The position numbers and the translations under genes are program-made. A stretch of DNA of 63,938 nt, counting the filler. It is 6 parts of 6 records of this genome, joined end to end, with 100 filler letters (N's around TTAATTAATTAA, not from the genome) between each part and the next. Parts side by side here need not be neighbours in the genome. Positions count along the whole stretch, not along the records: positions 34,237 to 47,440 come from SRR20825019_1173; positions 47,541 to 54,991 come from SRR20825019_1181; 4 more parts are not named here. The stretch is one strand, 5' to 3'. The notes under the pieces were generated by a model. That model did not search any database, was not told the origin of the DNA, and was given only the letters and a program-made list of their open reading frames with translations. Every line of letters begins with the position of its first letter. The first letter of the stretch is position 1. Below, piece by piece: positions 39,494 through 49,838 of the stretch.

Positions 39494-40993
39494 ATGAAGC
39501 ATTCCACGCACGTTGAAAACCCTGACGTTATCCTAATCGGCAGTGGCATTATGTCCGCCAATCTCGGGGCCATGCTCAAGCGCCTCGATCCCCAGCTCAG
39601 CATCCAGGTTTACGAAGTCACCGACGAACTCGCTCAGGAAGCCTCCCACGGTTGGAACAACGCCGGAACCGGCCACGCCGGGATTTGCGAAATCAGTTAC
39701 ACGCCGGATCGTGGTCCCGATGGCGAGGTCGATGTTTCCAACGCGATTAAGATTTTCGAACAGTTCGAACAATCCCTCCAATTTTGGAGCTATGCCGTCG
39801 CCGAGGGCATGATCGATACCCCGCGCGATTTCATCAATCCCGTGCCTCACATCAGCTTCGTGCACGGACAGGAACAGGTCGATTTCCTCAAGTCCCGTCA
39901 CGCCGGGATGTCTGCCCACCATTTCTTTAGCGAAATGGAATACTCCACTGACCGCGACACGATCGCAAGCTGGGCTCCTCTCCTGCTCGACCAACGCGCC
40001 CAGATCCCCATCGCGGCCACCAAGATGGATGGCGGCACTGATGTGACCTTTGGCACGATCGCTCGCAAGCTACTCGGCTGGCTCGAGAAACAGGAAGGCT
40101 GTGGCATCGCGAGTGGTCATCGCGTCGTGGATATCGAAAAAGAAAACGGACGCTGGAACGTCAGCGCCAAGGATCTCGCGTCCGGCCAAGTCCACCGCAA
40201 TACCGCAAAATTCGTCTTCATTGGTGCGGGTGGCGGCAGTCTGCGTCTGCTCCAGAAATCCGGAATCGAAGAGAGCAAAGGCATTGGAGGTTTCCCGATC
40301 GGAGGCCAATGGCTCGTTTGTGAAAACCCCGAGATTATCAAACAACACCGAGCCAAGGTTTACGGACAAGCGCTCGAAGCAGCCCCGACCATGGCTGTGC
40401 CGCATCTCGATACCCGGGTGCTCGATGGGAAACGCTCGCTTCTCTTCGGGCCGTTCGCTTCGTGGACGACAAAATTCCTCCACAAGAAAGGGAGCTGGAC
40501 CGACCTCCCCGCCACGATCCGTTCACACAACCTCCTCACGCTCCTAAAAATTGGCGCGACCAATATTCCGCTTGTGCGCTACCTCGTGCAACAAGGCACC
40601 CAGAGCATGCAGGACCGCATGGATGTGCTCCAGGTCTTTCATCCCGGCGCGAAGGTCGAAGACTGGAAACTGATCGACGGTGGGATCCGTGTGCAGGCGA
40701 TTAAGAAAACCGACGGCGAAGCCGGCATCGTGCATTATGGCACTGAAGTGATCACCGACCCGGAAAAGACGATTTCCGCCCTCCTCGGCGCGTCACCCGG
40801 TGCTTCTGTTTCGGTCAACATCGTCCTCGAAGTCGTGCGAAACTGTTTCTCCCATATCCTCGAGACGGATGAAGGCCGCGCCCGGATGAAGGCGATGATC
40901 CCGACCTATGATCTTGAGTTGAAGCAAAGCCAGCACGCCGACTTCTTCCGACAGGCTCATGCCACCGCCCGTCAGCATCTGCAGCTCGATTGA
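39494..40993 (+). CDS. mqo: Malate:quinone oxidoreductase
   Basis: IGSGIMSA, WNNAGTGH, MAVPHLD and LLGASPGAS. Confidence 0.93.
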   Translation: MKHSTHVENPDVILIGSGIMSANLGAMLKRLDPQLSIQVYEVTDELAQEASHGWNNAGTGHAGICEISYTPDRGPDGEVDVSNAIKIFEQFEQSLQFWSYAVAEGMIDTPRDFINPVPHISFVHGQEQVDFLKSRHAGMSAHHFFSEMEYSTDRDTIASWAPLLLDQRAQIPIAATKMDGGTDVTFGTIARKLLGWLEKQEGCGIASGHRVVDIEKENGRWNVSAKDLASGQVHRNTAKFVFIGAGGGSLRLLQKSGIEESKGIGGFPIGGQWLVCENPEIIKQHRAKVYGQALEAAPTMAVPHLDTRVLDGKRSLLFGPFASWTTKFLHKKGSWTDLPATIRSHNLLTLLKIGATNIPLVRYLVQQGTQSMQDRMDVLQVFHPGAKVEDWKLIDGGIRVQAIKKTDGEAGIVHYGTEVITDPEKTISALLGASPGASVSVNIVLEVVRNCFSHILETDEGRARMKAMIPTYDLELKQSQHADFFRQAHATARQHLQLD

Positions 40994-41001
40994 GGCGGTG
41001 C

Positions 41002-41127
41002 AGTAGCGAGTAGTTAGTAGCGGGTAACGAGCAGATCAAACCCTCCTCACATTCCACTACGCCCTACCCATTGCCTGCACGCCCCCTTTACCAACTACTC
41101 ACTACCCGCTACTCTTTACTCTCTACT
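41002..41127. repeat. Inverted arrays of degenerate heptamers
   Basis: AGTAGCG/AGTAGTT/AGTAGCG/GGTAACG (41002-41029) facing CCAACTA/CTCACTA/CCCGCTA/CTCTTTA/CTCTCTA (41091-41125). Confidence 0.6.
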
Positions 41128-41136
41128 TTCCTCTCC

Positions 41137-42561
41137 ATGTCCAAAACCATCTACACCGCCGCCGTCGATCTCGGCGCCACCAGTGGCCGCGTCATTCTTG
41201 GCGCTTGGTCAAATAACAAACTCACTCTCACCGAAGCCCATCGTTTCCCCAACGCCTATCGTGAGCTCGGCAAACATGCCTATTGGGAACTCGGCACGTT
41301 TTGGGCCGAAGTGGAAACGGGACTGAAGAAGGCGGTCGAACTACTCCCCCGCGGGGCCACACTCTCCTCGGTCGGCGTCGATACCTGGGGCTGCGATCAC
41401 GTCCTCCTCAACGATCAGGGCCGCATGGTCTTCCCTCCCCACGCCTATCGTGACGATCGCACCCAGGCCGGGATCAAGGCCCTCAAGAAAAGCGGTGCGA
41501 GCACGATCTACGCGGCCACGGGTATCCCCAATGTGTTTTACAACACGAGCCTGCAACTCGGCGAAACCATCGCCTCCTGCCCCGCGATCACCGACCTCGC
41601 CACCCACTGCCTTTTCTTATCCGACTACCTCAATTATCTGTTGAGCGGCAAGATGGCCAACGAGCTTACCGTCGCCAGCACCTCGCAGCTCCTCGATGTA
41701 AAGGCCAACGACTGGTCCCGCACCGCCCTTAACCATTTCAATATTCCGCCTCAGTGGTTTTCCAAGCCGAAGCTCGCTGGTGCCAAGCTCGGCAAAGTGA
41801 AAAACTTCCCCGAACTCGCTGGCGTGGAAGTCATCGCCTGTCCCGGACATGACACCGCCTGCGCCTACGACGCGATGCCGGCCGCTGAAGACGGCAATGA
41901 CATCTTCCTCAGTTCCGGCACCTGGTCGCTCGTCGGATTTGAGAGCGACAAACCGGTCCTCGGACCCGTCGCCGAAAAGGCCAACGTCGCCAACGAACGC
42001 ACGGGCAACGGCGGCTACCGTCCGCTCACTAATGTTGTCGGCCTCTTCCTGCTCGAACAGATCATGAACGACTTCAAGCAGCGTCCGCAAAATGACCGCG
42101 ACTGGACAAAGCTCATCAGCGCCGCCCAAAAGCTCCCGGCTCCCGAGGCCCTGCTCAACCTCACCGACCGCGCTTTCACCAGCCCCGATTCGATGAAAAC
42201 CGCCATCGATGCGCAGTTGAAGAAACGGAAGCTCAAGGCACCGAAGGATCTCGCCGGCTACACCCGCCTGATCTGCGACTCGATTGGCGAAGGCCACGCG
42301 AAATGCATCCGCGCGTTTCAGAGCATGACCGAGAAAACCTTCAAGCGCATCCTCATGGTCGGCGGCGGCTCAAAGAACCAGCTTCTCTGCCAGGCCACCG
42401 CTGATGCCGCCGGCATTCCCGTGATTTCGTTCAGCCTCGAAGGCACCGCTGTCGGCAACATCGCGCGCCAACTGATTTCCCTCAAAGCCGTGAAGGATCT
42501 GAAAACCTTCCGCCGTCTCCTCAGCGCCGACCTCAAACAGAAGACCTACCGCCCACGCTAA
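41137..42561 (+). CDS. rhaB: Rhamnulokinase-like FGGY sugar kinase
   Basis: AVDLGATSGR, GVDTWG, HDTA, SSGTWSL and VGGGSKN. Confidence 0.88.
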   Translation: MSKTIYTAAVDLGATSGRVILGAWSNNKLTLTEAHRFPNAYRELGKHAYWELGTFWAEVETGLKKAVELLPRGATLSSVGVDTWGCDHVLLNDQGRMVFPPHAYRDDRTQAGIKALKKSGASTIYAATGIPNVFYNTSLQLGETIASCPAITDLATHCLFLSDYLNYLLSGKMANELTVASTSQLLDVKANDWSRTALNHFNIPPQWFSKPKLAGAKLGKVKNFPELAGVEVIACPGHDTACAYDAMPAAEDGNDIFLSSGTWSLVGFESDKPVLGPVAEKANVANERTGNGGYRPLTNVVGLFLLEQIMNDFKQRPQNDRDWTKLISAAQKLPAPEALLNLTDRAFTSPDSMKTAIDAQLKKRKLKAPKDLAGYTRLICDSIGEGHAKCIRAFQSMTEKTFKRILMVGGGSKNQLLCQATADAAGIPVISFSLEGTAVGNIARQLISLKAVKDLKTFRRLLSADLKQKTYRPR

Positions 42562-42698
42562 TGGCGGGGCAAGCAGGGGTCGCCGATCACGGCGTTGTTC
42601 CATTATAGGGCGGTCCGGATATCCGGCGACGTCATCAATTTCCTCCCCTCCAAGGAGGGATAACCACCTCTCGTGGACTCCTGTATCGTGCTTTTATC

Positions 42699-44705
42699 AT
42701 GATACCCGCCCACCGATTCGTCTCTTGCCTGACAACCACCGCCGTCGTGGTGGCACTGGCGCTCAGTTACAACTCGGCTATAGCCCAAGACAGTGTCAGC
42801 GGCGGGAATGCCACCGGCAATAACAGTCTGGCTGTCGGGTCCGGTTCCACGGCGTCTGACAAAAAAGCAACAGCAGTTGGTAACAACGCCGAAGCCAGTG
42901 GCGAAAACTCGACAGCTATCGGACGTGCCAGCACCGCCTCCAATGACAGTGCCACTGCAATCGGGCAAAACGCACAAGCCACCGGCTATGAAGGTTCCGC
43001 TTTAGGCAAAGGATCCAAAGCCACCGGGGGCAGTTCTACTGCAGTGGGTATAAAAGCCCAGGCAAGCGCCGATTCGAGCATTGCGATCGGAGATCAAAGC
43101 GTGGCCTCCGGCACCAATAGCACTGCGATCGGCGCCGAATCAGAAGCTTCGGGCGTCGGCTCCAGCGCCACCGGTTCACATGCCCAATCCTCCGGAGACT
43201 ATGCCACATCGAACGGATTTTCCGCTCAGGCCACCGGCGAACGCAGCACCGCCGTTGGAATCGGATCCGAGGCTACCGCCAAAAACAGCATCGCCCTCGG
43301 TCCGGAAGCTCAAGCCACTGCTACCCGCAGCTTTGCCGCCGGTCTCAATTCCGCCGCCACGGCCAACGGTGCTATTTCGCTCGGGGCCGCTTCCGAAGCT
43401 TCCGGCACCAATGCCGTCGCCTTGGGTCGTGGCGCCGCCGCACTCAATGAAGATTCCCTCGCTCAAGGTCACGATGCCAGTGCCTCCGCTGACGGCGCCG
43501 TCGCCACCGGAGCTCATTCGGAAGCTTCCGGAAATTACAGCACGGCACTTGGGTCAAGTGCCGAAGCCTCCGCCAATAAAAGCACCGCCACCGGATCAAG
43601 CAGCATCGCCTCCGGCCTCCGCAGCACCGCCTTGGGCGAAGGATCCGAAGCCTCCGCTGAAAATGCCACTGCGCTCGGTCAAAACGCCGATGCTTCCGCC
43701 GAAAACTCCGTCGCTCTCGGCCGCGGCTCCGTCGCCAATCAAGCCAACACTGTCTCAATCGGCAGCTCCGGCAATGAACGCCGCCTCACCAACCTCGCCG
43801 ATGGCACCGCCGATACCGACGCCGCCACGGTCAAACAGGTCAATACCGTTGACGACAAAGTCGATGATCTCACCCAAACCGTCGCCGACAATAAGCAGGA
43901 CGCCAACAATCGCATCCAGGCCGTCGATGATCGCGTCACTCAGCTCAGCAATACTCTCGGCTCCAACGCCACCGCCTCGACCACCAGCAGCACCGCCGCA
44001 GGACAAAACGCAATGGCCGGCGGCCAAAACGGCACTGCTTATGGTTCCGAAGCACTCGCCTTTGGTCTCAACGACACCGCCATCGGTGGCAACGCCAAGG
44101 TCAACGCCGATCACTCCACCGCCGTCGGGGCCAACACCGTGATCGACGCCGCCTATTCAACCGCTCTCGGTGCCAACGCCCGCACCGAATCCACCGCCGT
44201 CGGCTCGGTCGCCCTCGGTGCCGATTCCGTCGCCAGCGAGGCCAATGTCATCTCGGTCGGCAACAGCACCAACCAGCGTCGCATCACCAACGTTGCCAGC
44301 GGCACCCAATCCTCCGATGCCGCCACTTACGGTCAACTCAACCAAGCGACCGCATCCCTCAATCAACGCATTCAGGAAAACAAAGTGGAGATCGCTAAAA
44401 TCAACCGTCGGATCGACGACAACCAGCGTGAGCTGGCCCGCGTCTCTCGTCAGACTTCCGACAACTCCAAGGAGATCGGCCGCGTCGGGGCCATGGCGAT
44501 CGCCACCGCTCACGTCGCCCCCAAACTCACCACCAAGACCCGCCGCCAAATCTCGGCCGGCTTCGGCTACTACAAATCACGCGCCGCCATCGCCATCGGC
44601 GCAGGCGCGGTCAACGAAGAGGGCGACATTGCGATCTCCACTTCGCTATCCCTGACCGACGGCAACGATGTCGGTGTCGGCGGTGGGATCTCCTTCGGCT
44701 GGTAA
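42699..44705 (+). CDS. Trimeric autotransporter adhesin (YadA family)
   Basis: Signal peptide, 14-aa head repeats (e.g. ASGENSTAIG), two neck motifs (RRLTNLADG...DAATVKQV, RRITNVASG...DAATYGQL), coiled coil and anchor ending GISFGW. Confidence 0.92.
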   Translation: MIPAHRFVSCLTTTAVVVALALSYNSAIAQDSVSGGNATGNNSLAVGSGSTASDKKATAVGNNAEASGENSTAIGRASTASNDSATAIGQNAQATGYEGSALGKGSKATGGSSTAVGIKAQASADSSIAIGDQSVASGTNSTAIGAESEASGVGSSATGSHAQSSGDYATSNGFSAQATGERSTAVGIGSEATAKNSIALGPEAQATATRSFAAGLNSAATANGAISLGAASEASGTNAVALGRGAAALNEDSLAQGHDASASADGAVATGAHSEASGNYSTALGSSAEASANKSTATGSSSIASGLRSTALGEGSEASAENATALGQNADASAENSVALGRGSVANQANTVSIGSSGNERRLTNLADGTADTDAATVKQVNTVDDKVDDLTQTVADNKQDANNRIQAVDDRVTQLSNTLGSNATASTTSSTAAGQNAMAGGQNGTAYGSEALAFGLNDTAIGGNAKVNADHSTAVGANTVIDAAYSTALGANARTESTAVGSVALGADSVASEANVISVGNSTNQRRITNVASGTQSSDAATYGQLNQATASLNQRIQENKVEIAKINRRIDDNQRELARVSRQTSDNSKEIGRVGAMAIATAHVAPKLTTKTRRQISAGFGYYKSRAAIAIGAGAVNEEGDIAISTSLSLTDGNDVGVGGGISFGW

Positions 44706-44912
44706 ACCGCATCCGTGCGACTCAATCGCGCGCAATATTCCTCACGTCTAAGCCTGCCTTGACTCCATCAGAGACTTTGTCAGTCCGCTCATGGTATCGC
44801 CTCATGCAATTTCGGTTTATTCAATTGGGCCTCCCCAAAAAATCTAAAAATATGTGAAGGGATATTGAGGTGAGCGCCGTTATGCGTAACTGCGACTCCA
44901 CCGCCATATCCC

Positions 44913-45530
44913 ATGAAAAATTCCCCGTCCCCGATCATCGCTCTGTTGATGGTCACCCTGCTCATCGCCGGATGCGAATCGACCGCTATCACCAAACGCA
45001 TCAACGAGAGACCCGAGGTCTTCGCCGCCCTTCTGCCCGACCAAAAAGCCTATGTTAGAGATGGTATCGTTTTCCCGGGTGACACTTCTGATATGGCATA
45101 CATCGCCTTGGGCGTGCCCGACAAAGTTGAGACGAGGGAGAAGGATGACATCACCGTCGTGATGTGGACCTATTCAAAATATTATCCCGGCGGTATATTC
45201 GAGGAGTTTCTCACTAACTACTCCCGCACCAGAAATCCCAATTTATTAAGGAAAACCGATATAAAAACCGGTGACTTCACTTTAAGTGATAGTGTCGACG
45301 GGGGGCCGCCATCGACAGACGATGCGGCATTAGGAGGCGGCACACATACCGGCGGTGTCATGGCCAAGTTCGATTTGCCCGACTTACCTGTCTACAAGCT
45401 CTACGTTTTTTACCACCGAGGAAAAATCACCGACGTAAAAATTGAGAGCTTGGACGGCACAAAGTTCATGTGGCTGGAAGAGGCCCTCGAGATGGAAAAG
45501 GCCCGTGAGCTCAGGAAATCCAGAACCTAG
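44913..45530 (+). CDS. Lipoprotein, unknown function
   Basis: Lipobox LIAGC and GDTSDMAYIALGVPD...WTY. Confidence 0.8.
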   Translation: MKNSPSPIIALLMVTLLIAGCESTAITKRINERPEVFAALLPDQKAYVRDGIVFPGDTSDMAYIALGVPDKVETREKDDITVVMWTYSKYYPGGIFEEFLTNYSRTRNPNLLRKTDIKTGDFTLSDSVDGGPPSTDDAALGGGTHTGGVMAKFDLPDLPVYKLYVFYHRGKITDVKIESLDGTKFMWLEEALEMEKARELRKSRT

Positions 45531-45574
45531 CCCCCTTCTCATTGCTTATGTTTACCATCCAACCATCCCCAAAT

Positions 45575-46135
45575 ATGAAACAAACCTCCCTCTATCTCCC
45601 CTGTCTCGTCTTGATCGCCCTGCTCATCACCGGATGTGAATCAAATGGCATCGCCAATCGCATCAACGAAAAATCCGCAGCCTTTTCCACCTTGAATCCC
45701 GAAGACAAGGCATACCTCGAAGAAGGAATCATCTTCCCAGGTTATACCGAGGATATGACTTATATCGCTTTAGGAAAACCCTCGTCGATCGAAACCAACC
45801 AGAAGGATGACACGACTGTTGAGATCTGGACCTACAAAAAGCTTTATCCCTCGGATAAATTTGAAGCCATTCTCCTAAATTACATCCGCACCCGAAATCC
45901 CGATTTATACAGCACGCCGGATGACAATAGCAGTGAGGTCATGTCGAGCGACAACTCGTCACGAGTCGATCCAACCAGCAACAGATATTATGGTAAGAAT
46001 ACGATGGGAAACTCCTCTCAAGGTATGGGAAGCCTCCATCTGCCCGACGTGCCAGTTTACAACCTAATCTTATTTTTCACAGACAACAAAATCGTCGATG
46101 TCCAATTAGAATCCCTCGACGGCACCAAATTTTAG
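45575..46135 (+). CDS. Lipoprotein, paralog of the preceding gene
   Basis: Lipobox LITGC, GYTEDMTYIALGKP...WTY and the shared ESLDGTKF motif. Confidence 0.8.
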   Translation: MKQTSLYLPCLVLIALLITGCESNGIANRINEKSAAFSTLNPEDKAYLEEGIIFPGYTEDMTYIALGKPSSIETNQKDDTTVEIWTYKKLYPSDKFEAILLNYIRTRNPDLYSTPDDNSSEVMSSDNSSRVDPTSNRYYGKNTMGNSSQGMGSLHLPDVPVYNLILFFTDNKIVDVQLESLDGTKF

Positions 46136-46202
46136 GTCCCTCCGGATTCAATCGCCACCGACAGCCGAACCGAGGCTTCGCGTCGGTTGCGATTGATAAA
46201 AC

Positions 46203-47042
46203 TCACACCAGCGGCTTCACAAAATCCAATGCCTGGCGGACGAATTCATCGCCGTCGGGGCATTGGTTTTGGAACATGCCGCGCTGCCAGCCGAAGTCAC
46301 CGAGCGAGGTGTTGTAGCTCTCGAACTCCACGAACTCTGCGGGGGTTTCCCGCACCGCCTCGAAGATTTCCTTCCATGGCATCAGCCCCACTCCAGGAAC
46401 GCCACGGTCATTCTCGCAGGCGTGCAACGCCATCAGGCGTGAACCGACTTTCCGAATCTCGGCCGGTAAGTCGCGCACCTCGGTCGCGAGATGGTAGGTA
46501 TCAATCGCAATTTTCAAATGATCGTGATCAGCCATCTCGACCAGTTTGAGCGCCTGGGTCGGCGTGTTGACCAAGTGGGTGCGAAAGCGGCTCATCGGCT
46601 CGATGCCCATTTTGATTCCTGCTTGCTGCGCGTATTCCGCCAAGCCGTGCAGTCCTTCCGCGGTGCGCGCGTATTCATCGGCCGGCGGACGTCGGCGCAA
46701 TGAAACTCCGGGACGGCCATAGATCGCACCCGAATACGTGCTCGCGCCCATCGCCACCGCGAGATCTACCTGCTGTTTGTGCCAGTCATAGGCGCGCAGA
46801 CGATGCGAAGGCTCGTCGCCCGACAGATCCGCGTTGTCCGGCCATTGCCCTCCGGGACCAATCACGATGCCCATCCCCGCGTCCTCCGCCGCTCGTTTCG
46901 TCAGGGCGGGATCAAACTTCACATCATCTCCGATCGAGATCTCCAGCAGATCGATTCCAAGCACCTTCGCCCGTGCGAATAACCCGATCTCAGAATCTGC
47001 CCAACAATCCGTCCAAAGATAAATGTGTGCTGCGTATTTCAT
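46203..47042 (-). CDS. Sugar isomerase/epimerase (D-psicose/D-tagatose 3-epimerase-like)
   Basis: IEPMSRF, DTYH, HACENDRG and EFES metal ligands. Confidence 0.87.
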   Translation of the reverse strand: MKYAAHIYLWTDCWADSEIGLFARAKVLGIDLLEISIGDDVKFDPALTKRAAEDAGMGIVIGPGGQWPDNADLSGDEPSHRLRAYDWHKQQVDLAVAMGASTYSGAIYGRPGVSLRRRPPADEYARTAEGLHGLAEYAQQAGIKMGIEPMSRFRTHLVNTPTQALKLVEMADHDHLKIAIDTYHLATEVRDLPAEIRKVGSRLMALHACENDRGVPGVGLMPWKEIFEAVRETPAEFVEFESYNTSLGDFGWQRGMFQNQCPDGDEFVRQALDFVKPLV

Positions 47043-47149
47043 CTTCCGCTGATTACGCGGATGCGCGCGGATAAGAAAACCCCAAAGCGTGTTACGATCA
47101 GATTTAACTGCGAAGGGCGCGGAGAAAACACTGAAAGATGGCGTTGATA

Positions 47150-47214
47150 ACGCGCACAGGGACGTGCGCGTCCACCTAGTCATCTAAGGTGGATGAGCAC
47201 GTCCCTGTGCTCAT
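47150..47214. repeat. Pair of inverted REP sequences (REPIN-like)
   Basis: GTGG-ACGCGCAC-GTCCCT-GTGCGCGT on minus (47150-47175) and GTGG-ATGAGCAC-GTCCCT-GTGCTCAT on plus (47189-47214). Confidence 0.7.
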
Positions 47215-47275
47215 TGGGTGTGATCACATTTCTCAAGAGTGAATCAAAATTCATCTAACCTTGAATACAGCCTGC

Positions 47276-47440
47276 TCACACTTCGTGCCACCTCACCCGT
47301 TCCGTGAGATCTCCCCGAGTCGACTGCGGGGCCGGTTGCCCTGCCTGCGGCCAGCCGAGATAGATCAAGCCCATCATCCGGTGGGTTTCATCCAGCCCTA
47401 ACCAGTGTGCAAACTCAGAACTGGCGGCCACCGGCGGTGA
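47276..47440 (-). CDS. Nitroreductase-like protein, C-terminal fragment (not in ORF track)
   Basis: Manual translation SPPVAASSEFAHWLGLDETHRMMGLIYLGWP...RGDLTERVRWHEV*. Confidence 0.65.
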   Translation of the reverse strand, partial: SPPVAASSEFAHWLGLDETHRMMGLIYLGWPQAGQPAPQSTRGDLTERVRWHEV

Positions 47441-47540
47441 NNNNNNNNNNNNNNNNNNNNNNNNNNNNNNNNNNNNNNNNNNNNTTAATTAATTAANNNN
47501 NNNNNNNNNNNNNNNNNNNNNNNNNNNNNNNNNNNNNNNN
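47441..47540. other. Artificial contig spacer
   Basis: Same linker. Confidence 0.98.
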
Positions 47541-47864
47541 GCCGGCTTATCGCGTTGTCCCGATCGAATAATGGACCAACCAACCGGGTCAGCCGCGGCG
47601 AACCGAGGCCGGCCCGCCGGCAGGGTCATCACCGGCTGCCCGGACGGCCCCGGCTCGGGCCGGAGGCACTGGCAGGCCCCCCCAGCCTTGGCGCACGCCC
47701 CGGGGTCGAGAGTGCGATCCCCCGGTAGCCGTGTCACGCCTCAATGCTTTCACTTTGATGAGTGTCTGTAGTCGCCGCTGACGTCGGTGTCTCACTCCAC
47801 ATGTGTCCAGCGGTAGTTGATATTAATACAAGCACAAGAAGAATGCGCACTCAACAGTCAAGCC

Positions 47865-49180
47865 ATGCCTGCCAAGGCGGATGTAAAGTTGGAGAAACTG
47901 CTGAGGTATTTTGCCACGGGAGCTGCTCTTCAGACCACCAGTCTCCTGGCTGAGGGTCCCAAGAGGTACTAGTTCTGTATGATGCCCTCCTTGTTTGGTG
48001 GTGTGGTATGTCTTCCTCTAATGCACTGGCGTATGCAGCCTCAGCAGCTCCACTCAGCCTTGGAAGAAGCACATGAAGAGAGCTGTGTCGCGCGGTTTGT
48101 CCTTCTCCAGCACCCACCTTGTGTACATTCAACTTCTCCGCTTGCACGGAATGCCGGAGTTCATACGGAAACTAATCGCTAGTGCTGGTGCAGGGTGGAC
48201 GGCCCCGCCCCTTATTTCCGCATTTGTTTTCGCTGGCGGGATTCTGCCTCCGTTGCTTCGTGTGCCTCTGTTGAAGCCGGTCGTTCCCGTGTGGTGGGCG
48301 TGGGCCGCGCTATTCAACTACCAGCTCTGGGCACAGCACCATCACTATCATCCATCCTACAGCAGAGCTCTGAATCGGGCAGCCGGTCTGCCAGCCAACA
48401 AAGCAGTATACCATAGGTCTAAGACAAGGGAGATGTTCCCATGCAACCATCCAACGCTTGGCATTCATCCAGGTCAGTGATGGCACAAATAACTTAGGAT
48501 GCTTGTGTCGTGAGGATGGAATGAGAGATGTTGATTTTTTTTTCTAGGCGAAGACTCTTGTGCGCGTGCTGCGGTGACTGCAGTGATGCATGGCGTGCCT
48601 GAGTTAATCAAAATGTATGCAGTGATTTATGGGTTACGGTACATGACGGGGTAAGTTGGGCGGCCCTTCGTAAACGTACGGAAGACCTTATAGGGCTCGA
48701 TACGCGTTCAGAAAATGGAAAGGGGATGTCCCCACCCTGTTGAAGAGATACGTGCGGTCAGTGCTAATGATGGCGGTACAAGTTCATGTCGGCAGAGCAG
48801 GTATGCATGTCGCCCCGTTGCCTCGTTCCTATTGTATCTGCGTGATCATTCCTCTGCTCGTCGCGTAGATTGTTGTTGTCCACGGCTTTTCACTCAGACG
48901 AAATACCCACTGACACTGTCTTCCTCCAGCTTATTGCATGAACAGCCGCCTTTCTCCCAAGAAGTTCCTCTGGTGGCTGGGCCCAATAATGGGAATCGTT
49001 GCGTCGAACGGCCTGTGGCTGGAATACCCTGACGCTCGTGCCGATGTCGTGACATTCAACTCTGCAAATGCCATGCTCACTCTTGTCACTCAACTTGGCC
49101 TGGGCAAGACGGAAAAACAGGCTGCACACATGGCGCTCTTTTGTATCGGCAGTGCTGTCAGTGGGCGCCTATTCAGATGA
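47865..49180 (+). CDS. Eukaryotic spliced gene, TMEM135-like membrane protein (about 325 aa, 5 exons)
   Basis: Exons 47865-47965, 48039-48472, 48548-48650, 48712-48800 and 48930-49180 separated by GT-AG introns. The 978 nt join in frame and give PC...HPGEDSC. Confidence 0.7.
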
Positions 49181-49796
49181 ACATCTGTGTCACAGGATTG
49201 CCCTGCATCCCGTGCTGAGTCGCCAAGCACATTCGAACGGCCAGGCCTGGCCAGGCGGGGACTCAGATCGAACAGGCCATGATGTGGGGGATCCGTGCAT
49301 CATGGAGCTGTGTCGGCCGCGGCATCCGGCCGCTTCTGGCCGGATCGGTGATGTCATTCCAGATCGATGTGGGGCAGCTGTTAGTTAGCCTTGGACACGT
49401 TGTCCCCGTGACGCGAAGAGAAACAGCGTGGTGGTGAGCAGAGGGACGGGATGCCGAGCTGTTGTGACCGCCCTGCCCATGCAGTCATCACGGCAATGAT
49501 TGCTGCGGCCGCTACCCGACCGCAACGTCGGTCTTGAGCGAATCAACAGTGAGCGCCCGGAGCCGGGCTTGGCGTCCGCTCAGCGTGACCCATGACCCAT
49601 GATGGTCATGGGATGAGTTCACGGTTGGCTCAATCCGAATCAAGTCAATGTCCGCGGCCGCCGACGTCAAGTCGTGCCTGCCATCATCCCACGGTCGGGC
49701 CTTGCGGCCCGTTCGGTTGTGTTCGGCACCGGAGACGCACCAGGGACGTTTCATTCCAATAAACCTGTCGTTGGCGTCATCTGCTGCGGTTGTTGT

Positions 49797-49838
49797 TATT
49801 GCTCCTTGGCCGCCTGGTATTGCTCCTTGGCCACCTGG
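49797..49838. repeat. 21-bp tandem duplication
   Basis: TATTGCTCCTTGGCC(G/A)CCTGG twice. Confidence 0.85.

Noticed and set aside
42614-42659. Small palindromes upstream of the adhesin (CCGGATATCCGG, CCCTCCAAGGAGGG)
   Set aside because: Short, with no recognisable riboswitch or operator context.
43081-44142. 353-aa proline-rich ORF
   Set aside because: Frame-shifted reading of the GCC/TCC-rich adhesin repeats.
42780-44350. Periodic DNA repeats as a CRISPR array
   Set aside because: They are degenerate coding repeats of YadA head domains. No repeat-spacer array or cas genes anywhere in the window.
47047-47135. Short CGCGGAT / CGCGAAG-like 9-10-nt repeats upstream of the epimerase
   Set aside because: Too few and too degenerate to define an element from this window alone.
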